From: Lytechinus pictus
Lineage: Eukaryota
Assembly: GCF_037042905.1 (NCBI RefSeq)
Contig: NC_087252.1
Coordinates: forward strand, 2,358,001-2,422,000
Direction: 5' to 3'
Length of the DNA stretch: 64,000 bases
Positions 1-11,316 of this stretch are shown here, in pieces. Under the pieces are notes generated by a model that ran no database searches, was not told the DNA's origin, and was given only the letters and a program-made list of their open reading frames with translations. A program made the translations under genes and the position numbers. The number at the start of each line of letters is the position of its first letter. The first letter of the stretch is position 1.

Positions 1-786
1 TTGCTGATGCATGTTTGCTGGGCTTTTTTTTAAAACCCCATTTTGTGCTATTTCAACGCAACTTTGCGTAAAATTCACAAAACATTTGGTATCCGTTTAT
101 CCAACCAACATGTATGTTCCCATTTTTGCCAATATTGCATGGGTAAACCTTTTTTAGAGTGTAGCGATTCCTTCGATCGATTAGAATGATCACTTTTCAC
201 CTCCTTGGTGTGTCGCACAGTGATCAGCCATACCGAAACCATCATATCGCCAAGGAAGATTCTCTGGAAAAAAAGAAGAGAGAAAAAAGTCATTTGTAAT
301 GTATAAAAAGCGAAATTTAGAAAATGAGCTTTTCAGTAGAAGTCAGAGGCGGTGGAACGTCAGGCTCATACACTTAAAGTTGAGGAGCACCTATCGTTTG
401 GCAGACAAAATGTGCTCCTTCACATTCCGGGCCCGATGGTCCGCTGCCTCTGGAAGAAGTAATTCTCGTTTTCCATACTGTCAAAATTTTGAAGTTGTAA
501 AGTAAACTATAAAACAAACTACAATAGTTTCTTTGTCACAAATTTTCTTTTTTGAGAACCACTTGGAAGTTTCACCAAGATTGTATAGCGTGCACCTCTC
601 CTGCGACTCAAATCGTGATATTTATTTCTCCTTACCTCTTAAGCTCTCGCTAAGTTTCTTCTTCATTAATTGGGTTATTCATTGTTGATCAATTTTGATA
701 AGTTACATATTTTCAAGCTTTGGATGGACTCTTTAAATGTCATTGGGTATTTTACACTGTTTATAGGACGCAGAAACCATGGGGAT

Positions 787-1013
787 CACTAGTGTATCTA
801 CGGGGGGAGGGTGGCAGTTTGCCCCCCCCCCTGCCGCGTCACAACCCATGCAAATAACGTATTCCTTCCACCCCCCCCCCCCCCCGACGAGCTTGAATAC
901 CTTTTTGCCCCCTCTGACGAGCTTAAAGACCTTTTTTTTTTTTGCTTGTCAAGTTTTTTGACGGACGGTTTTGCCCCCCCCCCCCCCCGTGTAAAATCCT
1001 TGGTACGCTACTG
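787..1013 (-). mobile_element. hAT-like MITE (CAGTGGCGTACC family)
   Basis: Same family as 19721-19993 and 23045-23326; 8-bp flanks ATGGGGAT / CTGGGGAT. Confidence 0.8.
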
Positions 1014-2409
1014 CTGGGGATCGTTATATTAAATGACTTGTTTGGGCGTTTTATTACACAGTTACCATGGCTACAGTGCTTCTCAGCCTATCAAAATCGA
1101 GATAAGTTGCCAAATCTGACCAAATGTCAGACGAAAATGTTGATGAAACGCACCCCTGATGAGAAAGCAAAATACTGCAAAAGGCTTCAAAACGACCAAA
1201 TTGATCAACCAAATCAAGTATCCTTCCCTGCATGTGCTCTAAAAAAATATTGTGTAATAATGCGCCATGAGGGTAATTATGTTTCCAACCAACATTGGGC
1301 ATTTTTATTTATCGATTGTGATGAAAATTTTGCCCATTCTAAAGCAATTGCTGCCTATTCTTTAACCTTACTGGACAATATGCTTCCCCATTGGGTAAAA
1401 TACCGCCCCAAATTCGCTGGACACAATATTTTTACAGTGTGCGGTAATAATTTTCTTGGTTTTTGTATTTCGGTGGCGTTATATTCAGATAAAGCAGTGC
1501 AGGAAGTTGGGAAATACAATATGTGTATACAGATTTCGGGGAGAAACAATGCATCTTGCTGTTAGCTGTGTTTTACAATGGGGGGAAAAAACACTTAATG
1601 ATCAAGACTGCATACGAAAAATGTCTCCCTCTTGCGACAAATAAGCATGCAATCGATCTCATTCTTACAGGCGTTTCTGAAGAAAAAAAAAGTTCGGTAT
1701 CCATGTGTATGATTCACTTGAAATTTGAATATGAATATTTTGTTTCATGCATGTATCTTGTTTTAATTTGTTTACATTCTGTTTGTTTTGTTTATAGTTT
1801 AGCCAGGTCTTCTCCGAAAGGTAATCTGCTTAGTCACGGTCTTCCCTTCTTGGGCTGGTAACAGGATGATGATGCGACCATCGGATGACCAACACTGTAC
1901 ATCTGTTCTGTGTTCTGTTTTCTTCAACTGTTTTTTTTTTCTTCAACAATGGTGGTACTCGATCCCTTCAGAAGTTTTCCTTTTTTGTAGAGCTTCGTTC
2001 CTTTTCCTTTACGAAGTTAATGTTACGATTGGGCTTGGTGGCAATGGATTATTCGTTGACTTGGACCCTGATCGATGTGGTATATCGATGTCTTTCATTA
2101 TGTCAATCGGTACTCCTAGTTTAGACAGGCAAATGTCAGACACAACAGTATCGATATTTTCACCATTTATTTCATTTTCCCCTAGAATCCTAATACATAC
2201 AGGAATATTGTGCTAAAAGGTTAACCGTTCGATAAAGCATTACGATTTTGGATTTTCGCGATGTGCTGATGTTTTGTTTAGATGCTAAATCTCTCTATTC
2301 TTGGAATCTATTTATATTGCAGATTGTAGAAGAAGCTCTGCATTTTCTCCAAGCGCCCAATTATATTTTTTATCAACAGCTCTACTGACAGCGGAATCAA
2401 GAATCTTAA

Positions 2410-2995
2410 AAGAGAATGAAACTCTCGGAGCAAGTTAGCTTTTGTGAAAGCAGAAAAATCAAAGAATAAGATCAACAAAAGTTTGAGTAAAATAGGACTA
2501 GCAATAGAAGGGTTATGAGCATTTGAATGTCGAGATCACTAATGCTATGGAGATCCTCCCATTGGCAATGCGACCAAGATCTATGATGTCACAGATGAAC
2601 AACTCTCCCCTTTTGGACACTGAAAATATACCCCAAAACATCTCTTTTTGCTCATTCTAATCATATGACACACTATTCATCAATGATATAATGTTGTGAA
2701 ACCTCTGTACTTGTCCTCTCATAAAAAGAGAACACCTCACCTTGTGATAGACTCTATAAAAGTGAGAATATAAGTGAAATAAGTACTAAAGTAATGAGGG
2801 AGTTGTACGTGTGTGACATCACAGATCTTGGTCGCATTGCCAATGGGAAGATCTACATGGCATTAGTGATCTCAATATTCAAATGCTCATAACTTTCTTA
2901 TTATTCATTCAATCTTCCTCAAACTTTCAACAATATGTTTCTTTGATTTTTCTCTTTGATATGGATTCAGCTGGTTTCAAGGGTTTCATTCTCCT
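2410..2995. mobile_element. TTAA-flanked MITE with long internal inverted repeats (Kolobok-like)
   Basis: TTAA|AAGAGAATGAAAC ... GTTTCATTCTCCT|TTAA; inner IR ATTGGCAATGCGACCAAGATCT / AGATCTTGGTCGCATTGCCAAT. Confidence 0.8.
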
Positions 2996-2999
2996 TTAA

Positions 3000-3729
3000 G
3001 GCCTTGTCCCACTCTGGCAGACAGACACAAAACGTATTCATTAAGAACACAGCGGACGAGTAAAATTTCGGGATGGCTCCATTCGTTTTCAACTGCTTCA
3101 GAAATGGACAAAATAATTAGCCCCAAAAAAATGCAAAAAACATAACAGAAAAGAGCGGACGTGGGTAATGATTATATTTTAAATGATTATGTCTTTTAAA
3201 TGGATGTTCATCTGAAACCTAGCGGATGAAAATGGATAGAAGTGGATGACAGCTACGAAGGGGTTACCGGGGGTTTTGAATACTTTATTTACGAGATATA
3301 ATATACACGCTTACATCCTCTCGATTTCCGTGCAACTAATTATGTATAGACGTTCCAAGTACCTTATCTTTCCTCCCTCTTTCAGTTGTCAGCTGCAGTG
3401 GATGTGAGTTGTAAGGATGCCCAGAGTATGCAGAGAGGATACAACGGACGTTTAACGCATAATAACGGACATGGAACGTTTGTCGGTCGTGCGTGTTACG
3501 GATTTACTTCGTACACGGCGGAAAGTTCATCCGTTCTAAAAGTTTTGTGCAGCTCAAAACCCTTTGCGCGGATGAAATCACAGTGGACGGATACTCGATG
3601 GATAGAGCGTATGAACCACGTATGCAATGTGTACACGACGGACGCATTGCGTTTTCTAACGGATGGCACGATATTTTTCTATTCTGCATTCTCTTTGCAT
3701 CCGTAACCGTAAGTGCAGTGTCCGGGCCT
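3000..3729. mobile_element. Probable TIR element inserted at the same TTAA site
   Basis: Weak TIRs GGCCTTGTCCCACT / AGTGTCCGGGCCT; removing it with 2410-2995 restores the ORF1-like frame. Confidence 0.55.
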
Positions 3730-4400
3730 TTAAGCAACTCTTCATCCCGTAGGAGTTCTTTAATTACTTGGCATGATACAGCTGCCGTTTGTCTCGTGTT
3801 CATCGAGCCTGAAGAGGGGGATGGTCCAGCCATTGTGAAGAATAACAAAGCCTAAGCTTAACAAGATGTTGGAATGCGGTTAAGTAGGCCTTTGCTCTCA
3901 ACTAATATTGTTTAGAACAAGAAATAGTGAATAATGGATATTACGAGCAGTATTCAAATTAAAATGTAGGAAAGTGCGATAAACTGGAAGTTTGTATAGA
4001 CAACAAGAAGATTTCAGGGTCGCTGGAACATTACCGTATTATAAGCTTGGTACTCCCTTCACACACACAGAAGGTGTCAAATCAATATGATTTTCCCTGG
4101 CTTATACTCCAATGATAAATTAAAATTGTTAAATTGTTTATTAAAGTCAATCTGATATAGGTGATACTCACAGTCTGTGTACTGTAAATCAAGTCCAAGA
4201 CTCAGTCGAAAAAGAGGTAAACTTTCAACAAATTATTACCATTGAGGCTAATATTTATGATTATCAGTATAATTTATTTCATTTTTGTTCTATTTTATTT
4301 CATGTTTTTATTTATTTTATTTCATTTAATTGATTTATTTTTTTTATTATTTTTTTCTTGGGGGGGGGGGGTTACTTCTATTAGGATTTGTTTATTATAG

Positions 4401-6330
4401 TAAAGCGGATAAGCCGAACAATTGTGCAAATTATGACTAAAGCATGAAACTTTCACAAGTATTAGTATATGCCGTAAGATTAATTTTAAAGATGGGAGGT
4501 AAATTAATAAATGCCATTTTCGGGCGTTGCCATGGCAACGTATTGATTACCCAAAATGACATACATTCCCATGTAAATGGTAAATAAACATGATAAAGAT
4601 GACCAAAATTATAATTTTCAGGCTCCCAATTGAATACATATAAAATTTAGAAATATTCAAGATCACCAAGATAGTTCAAATTGGTCCGTTGCCATGGCAA
4701 CGGCTTGTTTTTCCCCAGAAAAATAAAAATGTTGCCTCATTTGAACAAAAAATACAGAAAGTGTTCTGCAGGAGTTCTTTATAAAGATAAAAAAATTATG
4801 TTGCCTTGGTAATGCTTGAATTAAATCTAAAAAGAAACAATTTTGGAAAGAGCCCGTTGCCATGGCAACAGCTTATTTCCCTCAGGGTCCAAGTCAACGA
4901 ATAATCCATTGCCACCAAGCCCAATCTCTCTCTCTTAGGTGATCCCTCCACTGTTTTGGAGATTCTCAGAAACGAATATATCAATTCCAGTCCGATAAGT
5001 TAGGGATTCAACATCAGGTTGGAGCGGTGGTCATGAATTTTATGTAGAAAAAAGAGAGATTTGAGGAGCAGACTATTATTTACTTCGGAAGGGAGACCAG
5101 GTTGATGGGTTAATAGGGTAGCACTCGTAGCAATCGTAACATTAACTTCGTAAAGGAAAAGGAACGAAATTCTGCAAAAAAGGAAAACTTCTGAAGGGAT
5201 CGAGTACCACCATCGTTGAAAATCAAAACTGGTACTAAATGATCCGTTGCTATGGCAACAGGCCATTTGGAACATTGATATTTATCGAATTCAAGTATTA
5301 CCAAGGCAACATCAATGTTTATCATTCTAATTGGTTCATGCAGACCACTCACTGTAATATATTCCTCTAAATGAATTGAGTAGGTCAAACATGCATGTAC
5401 ATTAAGTTCATGTTCATTGTATTTTTCACCTGTCCGTTACCTTGTCATCCATGTTTTTTTTCAATTAGTTGTTATCTGGTTGCCATGGCAATGGCTTAAG
5501 ATGTTTTATTTTTAAATTTAGTAACAAACATATCTCGATCAGTACCTTAAAATTAGGGAAAATGGAATGATGATCATACATGTATTCTAAAGTTTTATCA
5601 GTATTTTTACCTTTCTAGAGGGAAATAAGCTGTTGCCATAGCAACGGGCCAATTGCAACATTTTTTTTTTTAATAATTTAATTCAAGCATTACCAAGGCA
5701 ACATAATTTTCTTCTTTATAAAGAACTCCTCTAGAACACCTTCTGTATTATTTGTTCAAATAAGGGGGTCAAAACTTAAGCATACAGATTAAGTCAATTC
5801 CAATCGTATTTTCCACCTGTCCATTGTCTTGTCAACCATGTTTTTTGTGTAAATTAGAAGTTATTTGGTTGCCATGGCAATAGCCTGAAATGTAATTTAT
5901 ACATTTAGCAACCAAAATATCTTTGTTTAGCACTGTAAAATTAGGGGAAATTAAAGATAAATCATATTCTACAACGATTTTTTAATCAAATTTTTTATTT
6001 TTCTGGGGAAAAACAAGCCGTTGCCATGGCAACGGATCAATTGGAACTATCTTGGTGATCTTGAATATTTCTAAATTCCATATGTATTCAATTGGGACCC
6101 TGAAAATTATAATTTTGGTCATCTATATCATGTTTATTTACCATTTACATGGGAACGTGTGTTATTTTGATAAATTAATCCGTTGCCTTGGCAACGGCCG
6201 AAAATGGCATTTATTAATTTACCTCCCATCTTTAAAATAAATCTTATGGCATATACTTATACTTTTGAACGTTTCATGCTTTAGTCAAAATTTGCACAAT
6301 TATTGTGATTTTTTGAGCTTATCCGCTCTA
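4401..6330. mobile_element. 1.9-kb DNA element with about 330-bp inverted termini and repeated GTTGCCATGGCAAC palindromes
   Basis: TAAAGCGGATAAGC ... GCTTATCCGCTCTA; 4420-4725 is the reverse complement of about 5990-6300; internal direct repeats. Confidence 0.85.
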
Positions 6331-6631
6331 TCTTTATGGTATTTGTAGTTCTATTTTGCTGTTGTTTTTAATAGTCCGTGAATTGATGCTTTTTGTCGAT
6401 GCCATTTCATGCAAAACCCCGATGAATTCGTCTTTTTTTTCATTGGGCCTTGAATATAATAGTGAATCGGTTGACGAACCTTTTTTTTTTGTTGGTTCGC
6501 TTGTGGATCATGTAAACATCAAACATTTGTTTTTGTGTTAACTTGATAGCAAAAAATCAACAACTTGTTATTGTGCTTCAATTATCAATTTTGCAAATTG
6601 TTACGTTTTGCTTGATCTTCATTCAATCTGT

Positions 6632-6888
6632 CATTCCCGCACACAATGTGTGCACATCCTCCACTCCCTAGGGAGTATTACAGTCTGTCGCCGATGAGGC
6701 GCACACAGTATATTGGACAAGCTACAATGACTTTCACATCCTACCGGGTACCCATTTAGCACCTGGGTCGAGAGTGGCAAAGTGTGGATTAACGCCTTGC
6801 CAAAGGACGCCAGACCGCGGTGGGATTCGAACACACGACCCTCTGTTTACATGGCGAGAGTAAGAACCACTACACCACGGCACCTCCA
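6632..6888 (-). mobile_element. tRNA-derived SINE with AAATGGGTACC core
   Basis: Minus strand: A box GTGGTGTAGTGG, B box GTTCGAATCC, core CTCGACCCAGGTGCTAAATGGGTACC shared with other copies. Confidence 0.8.
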
Positions 6889-6899
6889 CAATAATCCAT

Positions 6900-7125
6900 A
6901 TACCAGTTGGTCAAATCGGACTAAGTGTTGATTGTGCAAAATGAATGAAAATAAAATGGGTAGACCAACTAGCTATGATACGAAAAGGCAATAGATGAAC
7001 TGGTGATTAGACGAATTGATGATTAGACCAAATGGTTGATAGACGAAACATTAATGGCTGAGAGTACATGAAGGTAGACCATGTGATGAGTGGACGAGTT
7101 GGAAATAGACAAATTGGCAATTGAC
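6900..7125 (+). repeat. Dispersed repeat made of roughly 20-bp TAGAC(C/G)AA-type subunits; second copy at about 12780-12955
   Basis: Shared blocks AACTGGTGATTAGACGAA..TGATGATTAGACCAA..TGAAGGTAGACCATG. Confidence 0.7.
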
Positions 7126-7394
7126 CCTTACTACCTACTTGGCGCTTTTGGGAAAGGTGTATGATAAACCTCGATTGTATTGCTTTTAACGATACTAATC
7201 AAAATGAATATCATTATTTGTAAAGCACTTATGAAAAATCATGTCTCTAAGCGCTTAAAGAAAGCAATTCCTATATACAACTTCAAGCGTTTTAGATTAT
7301 ACTCTAGCATGTCTAATGTGAATACCTCACATTTTGTCACCTTCGAGAGTTTTAATTTATCTCTTCAATCTCGTTAGGATTGATATGCCACTAC

Positions 7395-7612
7395 AGGGAG
7401 GCGCGATAGCTCAGTAGGGAGGCGCGATAGCTCAGTCGGTAGAGCGGGGGTTTCGGATTCCGGTGACCCGGGTTCGATTCCCACGTGGTGCGCTAGTGCC
7501 CTTTGGTAAGGCATTTATCCTCATTACCAGGTCCCTCGGAGAGGACCTTAAGCCGTCGGTCCTCTGGTTGCTTGCTCACAGGCATTCGTGCTTTCTTAGC
7601 AGTCAGGTAAAA
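7395..7612 (+). mobile_element. tRNA-derived SINE with tandemly duplicated 21-bp 5' end
   Basis: AGGGAGGCGCGATAGCTCAGT x2, A box TAGCTCAGTCGG, B box GGTTCGATTCC, non-tRNA body. Confidence 0.8.
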
Positions 7613-8009
7613 ACCTCGGTATAACATAGACATGAAGGGGAAAAAAGGTTTTTATCAAAAGGACAAACACAATTGTGATTTGGGCTACACAAACAAACGC
7701 TTCACGCATGGATATTTGCAACATGCAACTTTATTATTAGCATGATGTTGATTGCATGGTACTAGTTCAAGGCCCTCATATCTCAAAGGCTTGCACTCAA
7801 TCATTCATTTGGAAAGCCCATTTTATTGACTTTTCAAGTGATGAGCCAATAATTTTTTAAGTGACAAAACATGCCTAAGGCAAAATATCCGAAAGTTGAG
7901 AGAAAGTAAACATTCTGACATTTTCCAAACGAAATTGCAATTTTGAGATATCATTTTGAGGGATTTTCACATATTATTCGGAAGATCATTGCACATTGCA
8001 CCCTTTCTT

Positions 8010-8196
8010 TCAGCAAGGAATTCATCCACAGTGTGCTGCACTCGACCCAGGTGAGGTAAATGGGTACCGGCAGGAAGTAATTCCTCAAAAAAGCTGTGTG
8101 CACCGAATAGGTAGCCTAGCTTAGCCGGGTAATAATATAGCAGGGCCCGCTGGGAGAACAGTTTTCGGAACTGAAGTGGCTACCCTGGGTAAATGT
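8010..8196 (+). mobile_element. 5'-truncated SINE (AAATGGGTACC core)
   Basis: Matches 33929-34216 in reverse complement (GGGCCCGCTGGGAGAACAGTTTTCGGAAC). Confidence 0.75.
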
Positions 8197-8382
8197 ACCT
8201 TTATCATTTTTTTTCCTATTTTTCTTTGGTTGGGGCATTTTCAGGATCAAGTGTCCCCAAGACCCCGATATATCTAACCTACATCCAAAGGAGTTTACAC
8301 GCCCCAAACCTTGATTCCTACAATACAAGTATTGTTGAAGTAATCGCTACAAGAATCATACTGCATAATGCGATTACTTTAA

Positions 8383-9178
8383 AGGAAGGTCCATGCTGGA
8401 TATATTTATAACTCAATAAAGAGTAAAATTCACAAAGCAAAATGCTGAAAATTTGATCAAAATCGGATAACAAATAACGAAGTTGTTGAATTTTAAAGAT
8501 TTGCATTACTCCTGTAAAACAGTTCTAGGCATGTCTTCATTAATATTCATTAGTTGGGCTGATGATGTCATATCCCCACTTGTTCTTTTGTATTTTATCA
8601 TATGAAATTAGGTTTATTCAAAATTTGTCTACCAAGAACTAAAACAATTTGATTGACAACTGATTAAGTACATTAGTTATTTAATGCCGCAACTTATCAG
8701 GGGCCGCGGAACCGGGGGGGGGGGGGGGCTGGGGGGGCTTCAGCCCCCCCCCCCATTTTTTTTTCCAAAACCGTGTACAAAAACGTAAAATTTACCATAT
8801 GATTGTGATTTTTAGCATGGTCAGCCCCCCCCCCCCACTTTTGGCTCAGCCCCCCCCCCCACTTTGAAAACCGTTCCGCGGCCCCTGCTTATATCATCAA
8901 AATTGAGACACGTGATTTACACCTTTATGAAAAAATGAAACAATTTTGATTTCATGTAATAACATATGAAAAGGGAAAGTGGGGATGTGACATCATCAGC
9001 CCACCTAATGAATATTCATGACGATGTGTATATAACTATTTTCACAAAATATTGATAAACTTTAAAATTCAATAACTTCATTATTTGTTATCCGATTTTG
9101 ATGAAATTTTCAGCATTTTGCTCTGTGAATTTTACTCTATTTATTTAGATATAAATATGTTCAGCTCGGACCATCCCT
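8383..9178. mobile_element. TTAA-flanked long-TIR MITE (Kolobok-like), about 400 bp upstream of the TRPC ATG
   Basis: TTAA|AGGAAGGTCC ... GGACCATCCCT|TTAA; about 200-bp inverted arms. Confidence 0.8.
8698..8887. mobile_element. MITE nested in 8383-9178
   Basis: CAGGGGCCGCGGAAC ... GTTCCGCGGCCCCTG with 5-bp duplication CTTAT. Confidence 0.85.
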
Positions 9179-9582
9179 TTAAGCTTAGGTGCATACTCTA
9201 ATACCATGGATATGGTAGAACGCCATCTCTCTGCCGAACTCGATGTTCAAAGTACCGCTAGGCATTCTCTGCATCGATGAGGTTTGCTGGTTTGTTGCAG
9301 CGCTTGAGTGCATTCACCAACGAGCCCAACATGAGATCAGACCGTCCTTCCTATTCATCTCTTCGATGGATCGTCGGTGAACCTATAATAGTTGGAATGC
9401 TCCCATTGTTCCTGAAACTGGTAACATCTCTATCTGTATAATTTTCCACATTCATACTATTTTTGGTAATTCCCCATGCTAGACAGTGTGGTTTTGTAGC
9501 TTTAATTATTCGGGTGATCCTCTAATAAGCGATGATGTGTAGTTGTTGACTGGACATCTAGTCTTACGAAGGATGATAGACT

Positions 9583-9802
9583 ATGGATGACATGAAAGAA
9601 GGAACCGAACTTGTTGAACAACCGGCTGGCGGCACCGAACAACTCAGCGGTAAGGATGCGTTTTTCCAGGCAGCGGAGAACGGTGATGTGGCAACTCTGA
9701 AGGTGCTGTTGGCGAATCGTAATGAACTTGGATTTGACGTCAACGATCGGAATGAATCTGGATATACAGCAATGCAGATTGCTATCATGGAAGGTTACGT
9801 AG
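9583..9802 (+). CDS. TRPC: TRPC coding exon 1 (start, ankyrin repeat)
   Basis: MDDMKE...FFQAAENGDVATLKVLL...DVNDRNESGYTAMQIAIMEGYV; donor G|GTAAGA at 9803, phase 1. Confidence 0.9.
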
Positions 9803-9811
9803 GTAAGAATT

Positions 9812-10435
9812 AGGGTTTCACAAATATTCAAGTTTGAATCAGAGTCGCACTTAAATGCCTAGTTGCGGCGATCTAAAAAGCACGACTTATACCGTGTTTA
9901 CACTAAATCGGCTTTTGAATCGGCTTTTTCATAGCGTGTAAACGCGAGTAACTTGCATCGGCTCGCGGTTCAGAACCGGCAATTTGCACCACCAAAGTAG
10001 TAGGTTCAGAACCGCCAGCCGATGCAGAATCGGCTTTTTTACTACGTGTAAACAGAAAGCCGATTCTGCATCGGCAATGTGTGCGCATTTAATTTACTTT
10101 ACCATTGTGACGTAATTGTAAGCGCACTGATCCAGCGTTGTCTTTATTATGACGTATATTGTTGGTGTGCGTATCATTTCATGATTTTGCATCGGCTCGC
10201 GGTTCTGAACCGCGAGCTGTAACAACGTGTAAACGCAAACCAAAAGCCAATTCTGCATCGGGCTATTGGTTCTGAACCAAAAGCTGATCAAGTGTAAACA
10301 CGGTATATTGGCCAGATTATGCCAAGAGGGCGCGCATTACGGCGCATTGATCAATAAGACTGCGCGTTGCATCATGTACATGACGGCATTTTAGTGCGTC
10401 TCTGAGTCATACTTATATCTTTGTGAAACACCCCC
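9812..10435. mobile_element. GGGGGTGTTTCACAAA-family MITE just inside intron 1
   Basis: GGGTTTCACAAATAT ... ATCTTTGTGAAACACCCCC; homologous to 37916-38570. Confidence 0.75.
9890..10305. mobile_element. TACCGTGTTTACACT-family MITE nested in 9812-10435
   Basis: TACCGTGTTTACACT ... AGTGTAAACACGGTA; internal GGTTC(A/T)GAACC palindromes. Confidence 0.85.
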
Positions 10436-11284
10436 AGAATTTCTAAGATTAGTATGGTTGTTTCACAAAGAGGAGAATGTGACTTGGGGTGGAGATACAC
10501 ATACATCGAAAAAGGACTGAGGTCGCCGTCGGGGGCGGTTTCACCCCCCCCCCCTCTTTTATTTAACCTAACTGACGCCGGCTCGGACCGAGTCCACCTC
10601 TGGATGTACTTTGAAAGCGGCTACAAGCCGGCTTCAGTCCTGTAAATGATAAGTGTATAACCCCTTGTGGACTCAGGTATAACTTATAGCTAATGAACAG
10701 TGCAAGAAAATAAAATATTGACAAGAAGATTACGGTAACGTGAAAAGGCGATGTGAAGCCGACTTAAGTTTAGACACACTATTCCAGGCTTCAGACCATG
10801 TATATCAGGGGGTATAGTGGTCTCGAGTCGGCTTCAAATTGCAGGTGTGAAGGCGGCTCCAACTGAAAGCCGGCGTCGGAAGCGGCTTCAAACCTGACGC
10901 ATCAGGGGCCTTTGTGACTCATCATACAATTGACTTTGAATTTGCCATTGATTGTACAAACGAATATATTTCTGCAGATATTTATTAAATATGCCAAAAT
11001 TTTCGCTAACATATTCTACCAACTGTTTAAGGAGAGTTCAAGGCAAAAACCTAATTTCATGCAGTTTTTTGCACAATATATTACTTAAGCAATATAAAAC
11101 TATTGACCTATTGTAACTTCACTTTACATTCTCGTAGTTCAATCAGATTCGCTTACATCAGGAGAAGTTGTGTAGAAATTAACAGGTGGAAAACTGCGGT
11201 TGTTAACATCATATAATTAGCAGCATGTTACCATGTTATTTTTCTTATTTATTCATTTATCTATCTATTTATTTATTTTATTTG

Positions 11285-11316
<32 letters not shown>

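Larger units (their letters stand above)
1943..3833 (-). pseudogene. Decayed LINE ORF1-like (L1TD1/transposase-22-type) coding relic, interrupted by two insertions (2410-3729)
   Basis: Minus-strand reading MAGPSP...KELLRDEELLK|ILDSAVSRAVDKK (in frame once the inserts are removed) ... CIRILGENEINGENIDTVVSDICLSKLGVPIDIMKDIDIPHRSG...PSPIVTLTS*RKRNEALQKK / LLKGSSTTIVE, with stops and frameshifts. Confidence 0.65.

Noticed and set aside
942..1565. 207-aa ORF
   Set aside because: Starts at TTG inside a MITE and runs through a second dispersed repeat (also at 35428-35682); no protein signature.
4526..6195. CRISPR-like array of palindromic repeats
   Set aside because: Repeats are 14 bp, irregularly spaced by 150-390 bp, with mutually similar intervening sequence, inside TIRs. 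There are no cas genes and the context is eukaryotic.
7416..7492. tRNA gene
   Set aside because: A and B boxes are present but it continues into a SINE body with no terminator, and the anticodon arm is non-canonical.
9300..9500. Possible 5' UTR exon and short intron of TRPC (GT at 9421, AG near 9499)
   Set aside because: Splice signals are weak and cannot be supported without transcripts.
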